Positions 36,813 to 48,975 of a stretch of DNA of 64,000 nucleotides are shown here, piece by piece. The position numbers were made by a program, and so were the translations under genes. The notes beneath the pieces are model-generated. The model was not told the DNA's origin, searched no databases, and saw only the letters and a program-made list of their open reading frames with translations. Position 1 is the stretch's first letter, and each line of letters opens with the position of its first letter. The stretch is from assembly GCA_965287045.1 (NCBI GenBank), contig OZ336870.1:119722001-119786000 (forward strand), given 5' to 3'. The stretch comes from Carcharhinus amblyrhynchos. Lineage: Eukaryota.

Positions 36813-39239
36813 TTCAGTAAATAAGGGGACATTTTTAAACTGAAATAGTTTTAATTTATTTGTGTCGAGAGAGATCTATTTTTAAATTAGCCTTTTTAAA
36901 CACCAGTTTACTGTTTAGACATTCCTTTGAACTAATTGTTCTCTATTTATGTATCCATGCATTCGCAGCCCTGATATGATGCAAATTTGGTGACTCCAGC
37001 TTTCCTGACAGCTGTTGGGCCTTCAATAAATGTAGGGTTAAGTGCATCACCAATAATAACTTACAAAATATCAAATGAATATAAAAAGGATGCATTCCAC
37101 ACAATTATGTCTTATTTCCCCTGCTTTATAGGAAATAAAGCACTTCTGTCATTTTAATAGTAGTTACTGTCTATTCCTCGAGTGTAAGTTCTCAAGTTAA
37201 TTTCATGACTAGATGAACTAAAGTGTGACACCATGGGTGGGATTTTACATGCAACCCACTGTGTGTTTCACTGCAGCAGAGGCAGCCTACCATGCGGTGG
37301 GCGGGGGGGATCTTCTGGTCCTGGCAGGGGAGAGTCAATGATCAGACGGGTTGATCTCCCATGCTAGGGTGGAGTCAATCATCAGGGTAGCCAGTGAGGT
37401 TAAACTGAGGTGTCGCATGATACAAATTTTCAAAGCTATCTCGGAGTGTCAGATCAAGCCCAAGATGGGGTGCAATGCCTCATGATGTCAGCTTGGATCT
37501 TATTTGCCCTTGTGGGGACTATGAATTGCATTCAGTTTGAATTTAGTTTATATGTAATAAATATTTTATTAAATTCTTCTGGTTCCACTGTTATTAATGG
37601 GGTTTTCCATTGAACTCACCTCTTGCAACCACAAAACCTTTGGCAGAGGTACATCAATGGAATTAGAAGATCCCTTTAGCATGAATGCTCGGAAAGTTCT
37701 GGTCTATAGGTGTAACAGCACAGTAGGGACAATGAAGCTTTCATGATTAAAGGAAGATTGTGCTATATTTTGCGTTGGGCAGGGGCTGTTGACAGCAAAA
37801 TATCCAGTCACTTTCATTACCTCTTCAAATGCAACTTCAGAATGTTGGGCAGATACAGATTAGTGCAGAAATCCTTAAGTTTCAGTCTGATACTTGGTTT
37901 TAACACAGGCTGTGCTACCATCCCATCACGATCCCAGAGCCAACAATCACTGAAACCAGTGAAAGTTTAAACTCTCCCGCTCCCACATCGTCTCTCGAAA
38001 CTTTTTAAAATGTTACACCTTGTTCAATCAGGTGTAACTGGGATTTTAATGGCAATGCAATTAACAAAGTTTGATGAACAACAGATCTAACGCTAAAAAT
38101 ATAATTTAAATAATCATGGAGTTCTGCTAAATAATTAATCATTAGGGCCCAAAACTTCCTGTCTCTGGATTGTCAGAGATGGGGTGTACTGCAGAAGATT
38201 TGTGACAGGAAGTCTAAATTTTCAATGAACTGATTCCCTGCTGCTTTCCATGAATGTCTTCAATCCAGAGCACAGGGTGGATACTTGGGTTAGATACAAG
38301 GGACTTTGTGGATACTTACCCAGGAAAAGCTATCCAATTTAAAACCTGGTCTAACACCTGGGCAACTTCATAACTGATTGACTGAATCACCTTCTCCTCA
38401 CCATCCAACTACTTTCCTGAATATATGATTATCCTCCTCCCCCACTGAATCTTCCCAACAACACCCTTAGCACCCACTAGCTATCCAACTACCACTGCAC
38501 CACCCAATGACAGCCCCAACCATTTGACTACCTGCCCAACCGCTAAACATTGCTGCTGACTGGATGTACCCCACCATCTGGATGTGCGAGCCATTCTTTA
38601 TAATAATAATTTACTTTTAAAAAGTTTTTTTCAAAATATTTTAGTATCTACTTTCACCTGTTGTTTGTGTCTCAATCTTTAATTTGCTCTACATAGAAAA
38701 CTTTGAAACATGATCTTCTTTTACTGCTATAATTTTCCTGCTTGGGCGAATGGGCGTCAGTGCAAATTCCTTAATGTAATTGACTGTTTGATCAGCCTGA
38801 TAACATCACTCCATACATGGAATCCCCAGTAATAAACACTGCAATCACTGTACATAAGAGCATGGACATCCTCACCAGGATGATCGCTAGTTCTCTGAGC
38901 AAGACTTGTTCACGGTCAGTAGTGAGAGCACCCTTGATTGGCACGGACTGCAAAATCTGGCCAAATGAAATGCGCACCAGTCAAGATGTTGAGTTATTCC
39001 TTATAAAGGATGAGCATGTCTGTAAATTTCTTGGAAACATTCCTGCTCACTGACCTAACTTTATCAGGACACAGTAGAAACCCCACATATGCAAAGTAAA
39101 ATTAGATTTCATTGACATTTCTAGCAAAGCTCTAACAGCAGGGTGAAGGCAACTCCAAGCAAATTCCTGACAGATGTTTTCACCAAAGACAAAAATTTTC
39201 AATAAGGAATTATATCCAAATGCTAAAAATGATGCATAC

Positions 39240-39341
39240 CTGATTTGATGTGTTGATATCTATCCCTCCTTTGAGGTACTCGAGCACTTTATCCAGGTTT
39301 CCTGCTCTGGCAGCACGGAGGAAGCTTGCATTGCTGTCAGA
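39240..39341 (-). CDS. ANK2: Ankyrin-2 coding exon (equivalent to human ANK2 exon 2), 102 bp, [34 protein letters not shown]
   Basis: Manual translation nearly identical to ankyrin-B ([34 protein letters not shown]); acceptor TTTTGCAG|, donor CAG|GTATGC; phase 0. Confidence 0.96.
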
Positions 39342-40454
39342 CTGCAAAAAGAAACACCATCAATTAGCAATGTATTTTGCTCCACTAATGCAATATGCAC
39401 AGTAAAAGGGATTTCCAGATAGTGGGCAGTAAATATTGATTTGCATAGAACTGTAAAAACGTACAGCCTTCACACTGCATCCAAGGAAACCACTGCTGGC
39501 CCGAGACTGGTTATATTAACTTCTGTTTTATCTCTTGTTTAATTTCTTGAAGTTTTAAAACTACAAATTATTTTCTCAAAGAGATCAATGAAATCCTCCA
39601 TTCGGGTCATATTTACTTGACCATACCACCATCTTGGATTAGATAAAAAGAGTTCTGTAAAGTGTAATCACTCCTGGCTGATTATAATAAAGCCTGTCCA
39701 AATTATGTGTCCTTTATTTACAGTGCGGCAGAAAGTACCTGATAAATAAAAAAAGGACTCTGAAATGAAGGAATAAAATGAGAGATAGAAGAACTAGTGA
39801 CCACGAATAATTGCATTCTTTCAGCACAGTCTGATTTTTCAAACAAAGGCATTTAAAACTCACATGGAAATCAATAGTTGTTGCTTCATTTCATAATCTC
39901 AAATTATGATTCTATGTGATGCAGAGAGAGCATGTGGTGAAAACACACCACTAACAAATCAGCATACGAATAGAAAAATTGGGCACAGATTTCGCCATAA
40001 CTGTTTTCCTTTATATGCTAATAAACTTCCTGTATGTTTCCTAAAAATTATGTTTTAATTTCAGATTTCCAATGTTTTTATCTTGCATTTTCATATGCTT
40101 ATAGAATTCATTCTCTGGTGGGGACTAAATCAAACAGCACCCAAAAATGAGCGCAGGCCTCATGACATGCAATTACCCCTTGCTTGTACAATGTGATATC
40201 GGCACACTGCCAATTTTGTGACATAACTACGACTGTAGTAAGTAGCCAGCACTAAGCACATTGTTCAGCAGCTACAAGCATCAGCAGGGGGGACAAAATC
40301 ATGAGTAGGTGGAATTCAAAAACCAGCCTACATTACTTAAAGCCAGCCTGTATCTCGTAAGTGCAAGAGATTTGTGTCTGCAGCCAAGGATGTCCTTGTA
40401 CAAGTTGGTCTGGATGTTGAAAAAGATTCAATGAAAGCGTCACTTGAGAGAAAA

Positions 40455-40645
40455 TATGCTTCAACGTTCTCAGACACTAATTGAGGCCTTTGTGGAGGAG
40501 GTAAAAAAAGAGTTGTGTGGTACTGCAGCGGACAAGGAGGAAATGGGACCAGATAACCATCTCAGTTAATGCTGGGGTGAAGTCTCCCCGAGCACCTGGA
40601 CACAGTCCTGCAAATGTTCAATAACCTTATATGAATGGTCAAAAT
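40455..40645 (+). pseudogene. Myb/SANT-like DNA-binding gene remnant of a Harbinger transposon
   Basis: Frameshifted TFSD..IEAFVEEVKK..WDQITISVNAG..PR.TWTQ.CK.FNNL, the trihelix Myb/SANT pattern. Confidence 0.7.
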
Positions 40646-43600
40646 CAGTAGATATATCTTGATTCTTGTCACACTGCACATTAAGGGAGCAGAATCCTTT
40701 TTGTTTCTGATATTGGATTGCAACATTTCAAAAAAGCAGCTCACCACCACTTTCTCAAGAGCAACTAGTAATGGGCAATAACCACTGGCCAGCCAGTGAT
40801 GCCCATGTCCCACGAATGAATAAAAAGGGTCAAGCTGATATGTGGCACCTGCAAAACAATCTGCGTGCAGTCAATGTAACTCCACAACTTAAAAACCCTT
40901 CAATCCTAGCGAAGGAATGTGATCACTCCATTTGCTTCTCTCAATCACAAGGAATGAAATGTATTCGGCTCTTTGAATAGAGGTTCTCAATGACCTCTCT
41001 AAATAACAATGAAGACAAAATGGAAGATGTTGTAAATACCTCCAGCAGCACCATGGAAAGACCCTGCCTCGTCAACGTTCATGATCACAGTTTATTTCAT
41101 GGCTACTTAAATACGGGGTCCTTGCACTGCTCTGTGATTGCAATTGCGGCTGCACCAGATTTAAATGGGGAATGTTCTTACTGAATAGCAGACACCTCAC
41201 ACATAGTCTGCCCTGATATTCTGATAGAACGTGGTATTGCTGAACACCATGGTCTGCTGTTTCAACTCCTTGCCACGCTTCTCCTTTCTCCTCCCCTCCT
41301 ATTTCATCTTCTCTCTTCTAGCAACACTGCTCTATGAGATCTCTGCTCAATCTTTGAGTCACGCATTCAGTGGGAAATGCCTACTTGTGGACTCATGTTT
41401 GGTAACAACTGATCTGTGCAGAATCATTGCAGCCAGAATAAAACCCTTCAGCCTTTTTGAGAGCCCATCCATTAGTTTGTTGAAACAGCTGTGCCCCATG
41501 GAAATCATTGCTTGATTGACAGCTGTTGCTCTGTGATCTAGTCTGTCAACTGCAATGTTTATTTACATAAAGTTGTGTCAATTGTTAGAAGTTTCTGCCA
41601 TTAACACTCCGTGATTTACATGATTGATATTTTTACAGGGCTGTAAAGGAACAGTTCAAGTAAAAAAAAGTTACATTTTTAAAGCTTTTTCACGCATACT
41701 AGTATGTTTGAAAATTATTATAGGATTCATTGACCCATGATACACTTTGCATAGAACCAATGAGGGGGATCTGGAGGTGGGAGGGACATAGACTGCCATG
41801 GAGTAATGAGAGACCATGAGAATGTGTGGAGGGGCATAGCTTGACAGTAAGGGTATGAGTGACCATGCCATCACGAGAGCATAGCTTGGCATAAAGACTA
41901 TACGGATCATGAGGGTTGAGTTGAATTCATGAAGTGGCATGTGTTTGCATGGGTAGGGCATGGGCTTTGTGTAAGGTGAGGCTTTGATTGAGGCTTTGTG
42001 AGGGGTGAGGACTAGAGCATTGTTCTTTATTTTGCGGCCATTATCACAAGTGACACAAAATCTCAGAGCACAAGGCAGGCCATGTGACTACCTCCCAACT
42101 CTTTTCAAGGCTAGTGGCCCCAGCTCCTATTATCACACTGCCCCACCAGAATAAAAATCTCAAGTTTGCTAACATTTTCTCAAAAGTCAGGCAGACAGAG
42201 CCAGGAAATGTTCTGGCTCCCGCAACCCATCTCTGGGATTAAATCCCAACCCATACCCTGCCTTAAGGTCTCTTATGCTATCACTGGGTAAAATACTTAA
42301 AAGTAGCACAAGTCGATTGGTCCTTCAAATTTCACTTTCCAAGTACTGTCATTATGGTCAATTATCTCCCCAGCCTCAGCCCAGGAACAATGCCAATCTA
42401 AGCTCCTTTTGTGTAACTCCCAGCAGCCACTTATAGAGCAAGACCCTGCAGTGACTTGGTCACGGTGTGATAGATGGAGCAGCCTTTAGTGACTGAGTTA
42501 AAACACACGAGTCAGTTCTCAATCTCCAGAATATACTCGAAGCATGTCCTATTGTTGATGTGGGGCAATAAATATCACGAATATACCAGCCCCTTAGGAC
42601 TACATCCCCATCAAAGATAATAGCCAAAAGTAAAATCAGCTCAATTATCCCATTTAAACGTGGTGCTCAGAGAAGGTACAAAATTCACTATGTAGCTTTT
42701 AAATTAGAAATTGTTTTGTATTCCAGTACCAGGCTTAAAAAGATGACAGTTTTGATTTAAACAGCATTACGATCCAAAACCCTGCCTCTCATTCTACCAA
42801 TGAAATAGCTAAAAGAAATACTGCACTGCAGTGCCACACTTCATTAGATTTTTTCACATCCTTAAGCATGTGTCCTGCAAAATAATGTTAAAATGGAATT
42901 AAAACAGATATGTACGGAGAGAATGTTTCCTCAGGTCAGTGTGACTATCTGCCGTATACTTCTCCGGTTGTTTTCGTTTAATTGAGCTCTAAAAGAAAAG
43001 CAAGTCCAGCAAAGCTGCAGTGCACCAAGAGAAGATGTGGTAGCCTGCATTAATACGTAATGATGCCCTGCAGCTCCTGCTAGTCAATCACTGCTCCAGC
43101 ACCACATATGATGCAGTGGCATAGTGCCACACTCCACAATCTGCACTGACAGAGGCGTGGTCACATTTACAGCAAGGACGTCAGAAAGTTTCTATCTCGG
43201 TTGGATTTCTGTTTATTGTTTCACCGTGTTTATCAGTCAAATAAGGAAATAAAAGGCAGGATTTTTTTTTCTTTGTAAACTGGTCCTCAATATTGAACAG
43301 TTAAGTTGCTTGCGTCTCCATCAATGGTATTCCACCCGACTAATTGAGCTCGCAGTGCCGTATATTACAGCACTGCAGTATTCATGTGATTCTACCAGCA
43401 CATATAGCCTGCACCAATGGAAAACCTAGTTTTCCTAATCCCATGGGCTGTGACCACTGCAGTCTCAAAGATCATTCTCTTCAACAGAATCTCCTCAACT
43501 GAATTAACTTCAATTTTCAAAATATTACTGCATATTATCTGAAAATGCCTTATATGATCTACATTTACTTGTATATTTCCCTGCTTGTCAAACTAAAGAA

Positions 43601-43744
43601 ACAAAATATACCAACTATACTTATAAACACACAATCAAACCAACGTTTTCCTGCTTCTACAGTGATGAATATTACCATCACAGATGTTGCAATGACTTTG
43701 TGGAGAATAATCTGGGACTAAAATCAACCATAGATGACCATTTA

Positions 43745-44030
43745 TGAAATCATTATGATCAATTTGCACACAGCAAAATCCAATGGTAATTTTTTTTTAG
43801 GTGTGGTTTGAGGCATACATGTTGGCAGTTTCCTCCGTTTCCTTTGAATAGTGCCATGGGACAACACATCCACCACAACAGCACTGACTGGGTCTTGGTT
43901 TCTTGTCCCAGCCAAAAGATGGTACCTCTGATGGTGCAATACTTCCTTACAGCTATGCTGAAGTACCAACCTTGATCTACGTGCTAAATTCTACTTAACA
44001 TACAACTTACTAACTCAAAAACAAAGAGGC
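43745..44030 (-). mobile_element. Deu-domain SINE (SacSINE1/AmnSINE-like), diverged
   Basis: GAATAGTGCCATGGGA...AAAGATGGTACCTCTGATGGTGCAATACTTCC resembles the reverse Deu domain. Confidence 0.6.
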
Positions 44031-46316
44031 AATAACTAATACAAATTAAGAGTGTTCATCTTTCCAAGGAAGCAGTTAAGTCAGACTTGAACTAATGTTT
44101 TATTAATCAAAATTGGATACTTTCTTAGAAGCATTCAAACCATATGCCATTTTTTTAGTGGCATTGTTTTTTATCTCCTTCATTCGTGCAATGTTCCTAC
44201 TAATGTTCCTTTGTTGTGTGGTCTATATCTTGCACTGCATGGTCCTTTTAAGATTGACATGCGAGTGTATAAGTGTGCAACTTACTTGTGCATGGCCTGT
44301 GCAATAAATTCCTGATTGTTTCTTGGGTGCACCCACACAGCTTAGAGGGAACATTGATCAAGAGCCACTGTGGCCACAAGATACCACTAATCATGTTGGC
44401 CTATTCGCATCTACTGAACAATGAAGATGATTCAGAGTCAGCCAGTGTGCCATACGCAAAACGTTTCCAGTTATTGCCCCAAATACAACTGCCTAGCAGC
44501 CTTATCTTCATTCTCACAGGTTCTTGAACTCAGCATGCTACTGAGGCCCAGGAGTTAAGCGTCAAGAAGGTCCACCATGGGCACTTCATTCCTAATTTGC
44601 CACCATATATGACTTAAGATCAGGCTTTCTGCATTTGCACCTATACAAATGATTTCCATCAATAAACAAGAGGAAATATTTTCCTTATTTTAGTATCCAT
44701 GTGGCATGTAGTGTTGTTTGACAGAGGATGGTCTGCTCATCCACTCTCCTGCTAATGATAAGTAGACTTACAGAAAATAATATGGTTCTATCTTCCAGAT
44801 CATGCCTTTAAGTAAAAATCATATTTGCCCATGGCAGCACAGCTGAGATCAGGTAGATCAATATTTTTTTTCTATCAGTTGTCAACTCAGCCAGGTTTTT
44901 GTGGACTAGTTTTAATTGCCATAGAAGGTCAAAGTGGAATTTCCTGACTCAGCCTTTGTCTTATTACTTGCTTCTCCTGGAAGGTTGCTGATGGATGGGG
45001 GAAGTTGGAAATCACAATGTCAATGGTGTCATGGCCCTATGAGGCACAGCTCGTGAACAAGCTAGACTTTACTTTGACATAGTTTTCTTATTTCTGCATA
45101 CCCAAGATAAACCCAGAAATTTAGAACATGCAACAATGGTGCTTTGGATAGGAGATTCTGGGCTGCAGTGCATAGCACTATAGGGTGCAACCTAGTTCCC
45201 TGGTGAAGCATGAACTCAGAGACCAGAGGATTCCAAGTTCAATTCTGTGCCTATTTCATTGTTTTTGTCCAGGGAAGGAGCTGTGATCATACAGCTGACC
45301 TCAGCATCCAAGGATGAAGGCATGAAATTTAGCCATATTTCCTGCTTTTCATTGCTCTTCTTGTTTCTTCAGACACCAAGTGAAAACAGGATCAGGCTGG
45401 ACTAATATACCCACCACAATGGATATTAATGCTCATTATCTAAGTTTAAGTATTAAGGTTGGCCATGGTCAAAAGGGCTACTAGAATCCGTGCATTTACA
45501 CACCAGGAAGATTTCTTCATCTTCAGGGGAGGCGAAGCCATTTGATAAATTGTGATGGCCCTTGTGCTTTGGGAAAAAGCCTGTATTTTCTTTTGGGAAG
45601 GTTTGTCTAATTCCAAAGTGAAACTGGATAATATTATGAAAAGGATGTAAATGGACTGCCTAGCAGACATTTATTTCCATGTGACTTGAGGTTTCCACAG
45701 GGATGAAATTAAAAAGCTTAGGGTAAACAGACACCTAATAGGGTGATTCAACTACTGCTCATCTCAGAAGCTGCAGTTCAAAACAGATCCTGGTGAAGAA
45801 ACAGGGGGAAGATTATGAGAATAAAACAGGGACTACTTTATGTCTGTATTATACAGTTGGAAATGACAGCGAGCTGAAGACAGGAAAAAGCTGTGGGTTG
45901 GACAGCACCACCACTGTTGCTGTTTTAATTTTGCAGAGCTAACCAGACTGCTTAAAAAGATGGAGAAAGGGGTCTCTGAGGATTCTATGCCATCAAGACT
46001 CTTGCCAACCTTGCTAAAGAGGATTTGCCAGGGTGTGCCTTTTGGTTGTTGACCATATCCAGGAACTTTGAATGGAATATGGCTGCATATAAAAGTGGCT
46101 TGTGTGCCAAATCCATTGAGTGAGAAGTGAGAGATTCTACCAAGTTGGAAAGACTATGAGATTGCAGGTGGTGCCACATTTGTGTGGGAAATGATGTGAG
46201 TGTTTGTAACTACTCAAATATCGTTGTTGCCGCGACTATTTAAAGTGAAATTTACCTTTATACTTGAAATAGAAGTTGCACGTTAATTAATGTTTGAATT
46301 ATATTGATTTTCCCAT

Positions 46317-47091
46317 TTGAAGCAACCTGACACTAGATTATCAGCAAACAAAACTAATAGTAGATGGCTTGTTACAGTAAACATTTTTAGAAGTGAAATC
46401 TTATCCATTGGTTTTCTTTCCATTGATGTCATGGGGATTCCTTTCTTTTTAAAACTTTTTCATCTCTATGGGGATCATAACAAACAAACTTGTAGTTTCT
46501 GATACAAGTTAGCAAATGTCTCTAACATTGCTGACTTGACTGCAAATAAATCTTTATATCCAATGAACTAGTTAATAGAATCCTTGTGCAACACAAAACA
46601 ATTTAACATAAGCAAGGTCAATGTGACCTTTACACTAAAATGTCATTGGATTTTATGTCGCTTAACAGTCCAGTCTGCACAATATGGCTTGTCACATTTC
46701 ATGACAGTTCAAAATACCACAATATGATGATCAATCATGGTTTCACTGTTTTATTTTGCTCATCCATTTCATTGTGCCTGCTTAGTCAGTGACAGAAGAC
46801 AAACATCTATAAATCCTCCCTCAATCTGCAGAAATAAATTTGTCAGTATGTAAAAAGGTACTCAAATGATTAATGGTGAATGACTAATCCACTGCTGCAG
46901 CAAAAGAAATCCATAAAAATCCTGAATATTTAAGCACAGGAAAACTGATGTCTATGGACTGATATCATGCAGGGCCCCACAGAAGTATACTTTAATGAAA
47001 ACTGGGTGGAGGCAGGTGTTGGTGCTTGAATTCCCTGGTTAAAACTAGCATTAGTTTCATCTGTTGATAATCTAATATCAGGTTGCTTCAA
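46317..47091. repeat. 47-bp imperfect inverted repeat (46317-46363 / 47045-47091) in otherwise non-repetitive-looking intron
   Basis: 39/47 identity between arm 1 and the reverse complement of arm 2. Confidence 0.9.
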
Positions 47092-47915
47092 CCAAGCAAA
47101 TCTATTCTGCTTTAAAAAATTATCTCTGTATACCAGGTACAACCTGTTCTCTCTGTGGTTTGTAGCAGTAAATTGAATTTCAGTATTCTGTAAATTTAGA
47201 TCTTGAGAAACAGGTAGAATTTAAGTTCATTTATAAAAGTATGAGATAGCTAGTGAGAAGCATACTTTTGTAATCATATAAACATTGGTTGGAGAGATGC
47301 CATGACAATTCCATGTAGCTTAATACAAAACTCATATTAAAGGCGAAGCCTTTGTGGCAGGTATACGATTACAGGTCGTCAATCATCAAACCATATAGTT
47401 ACAAACTGTGGTTTTAGTATGAGTTTCTTTTATTAGCAAAGTTAACAAGTCTAGTTAAAGTTACACTGGGTCAATTAATTTAATTGACTGTTCACAAAAT
47501 GTCCTTGCTACTATGGTTTCCACAATGATTTACTGAAACATAAACTTTCACAGTAAAAAACAAAATTTCCTTCTGTAAAAAATATAACTTCTTCAAATTT
47601 GAAGCATACAGAGAAGAAATTTATTCTGTGATCTTGTTTATAAAGAACGTATCGATGCTGCTGTTGCACATTGTACAATAGTTTTATTCCCCAAAAAAAG
47701 CTAACATCTGCAAACTAAACTTTGTATATTTATATTAAGAATTCGTGGAAAAATGGAGAGAGAGACTTATTTTTTAGTTAAATTCCCACGCTGCCATCAA
47801 ATCTTAATAGGGGCTTATAGATTAACTTGCACTCACACTGGAAGCTAGTCTGAGTTTTAATTTATGAAAGAACATTTTCCTGTTCTTCATGTGAGCTCTG
47901 TGAATATTGGACAAT

Positions 47916-48399
47916 GATGTGATGTTGGGGAACACTTCAGCAGTCACAGGCATTCGGCCTCTGATCTTCGGGTAAGCGTTCTCCAAGGTGGCCTTCACAA
48001 CACACGACAACACAGAGTCACTGAGCAGAGACTGATAGCCAAGTTCCTCACACGAGGACGGTCTCAACCAGGATCTTGGGTTCACGTCACACTATCTGTA
48101 ACCCCCACAACTTGCCTGGACTTGCAAAATCTCACTAACTGTCCTGTTTGGAGACAATACAAATCTCTTTAACCTGTGCTTAATGCTCTCTCCACTCACA
48201 CTGTCTGTACCTTAAGACTTGATTAGCTGTAAAGATTTGCATTCCAATCCTTCTTCTGTAAATTCAGTTTGTGTATTATTATGCCCTGTTTGTGAACAGA
48301 ACTCCCACTTTCCTGACAAAGGAGCAGCGCTCCAAAAGCTAGTGGCGTTTGCTACCAAATAAATCTGTTGGACTTTAACCTGGTGTTGTGAGACTTCTT
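47916..48399 (+). mobile_element. Penelope element 3' end with terminal repeat and degenerate hammerhead; TSD AATATTGGAC(A/G)AT
   Basis: EHFSSHRHSASDLRVSVLQGGL..TRQHRVTEQRLIAKF..EDGLN peptide; TSD at 47903-47915 and 48400-48412. Confidence 0.85.
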
Positions 48400-48619
48400 A
48401 ATATTGGACGATCACAAACTAGATGGGTATGTCAACAAAGAAATTAACCAGACTGCCCTCCATTAATTTAATCAGAGATTATTCCACGAGGGTACATTGC
48501 TACTCAATTAATTTTTCAAAACTTGTTGCATCAAGATGAGCCAGTGCAGCTGCATGCAAATCAAAGAAAACCTCCCCCACCCTATCCTTTGCTCATTTTT
48601 TTTGAATTAAGTTTCAAAG

Positions 48620-48975
48620 CAGTGAATGCCATCACAGGCTGGCATTCGTTGATCATCTCTATTTGCCCCGATGATAATCGGCCACCTTCTTAAGCTGCTA
48701 GCAGTTTGCACAACTGAATGGTTTGTTGAGACAGATAAAAGGGATGTTCAGAGTCAACCACATTGGCGTGCTACTGGAGTGATATGTGGTAAGGATAGCA
48801 TGTTTCCTAAAAATATACGTGAATGAGCTGTGTTTTTATGACAATCTGACAACTTCAAAACCTGTAACTATTTTTACCAGTTTACTTATTTTTTCAATTT
48901 GAATTCAAATCCAATAATGGGGGATATGCGTATACCTTCTCTGGATTATTAGACCAGATGAGTTACTACAACACT
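48620..48975 (-). mobile_element. Old tRNA-derived SINE, family of 55262-55633
   Basis: AGAGTCAACCACATTG..GGTAAGGATAGC..TTGAATTCAAAT motifs. Confidence 0.55.
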
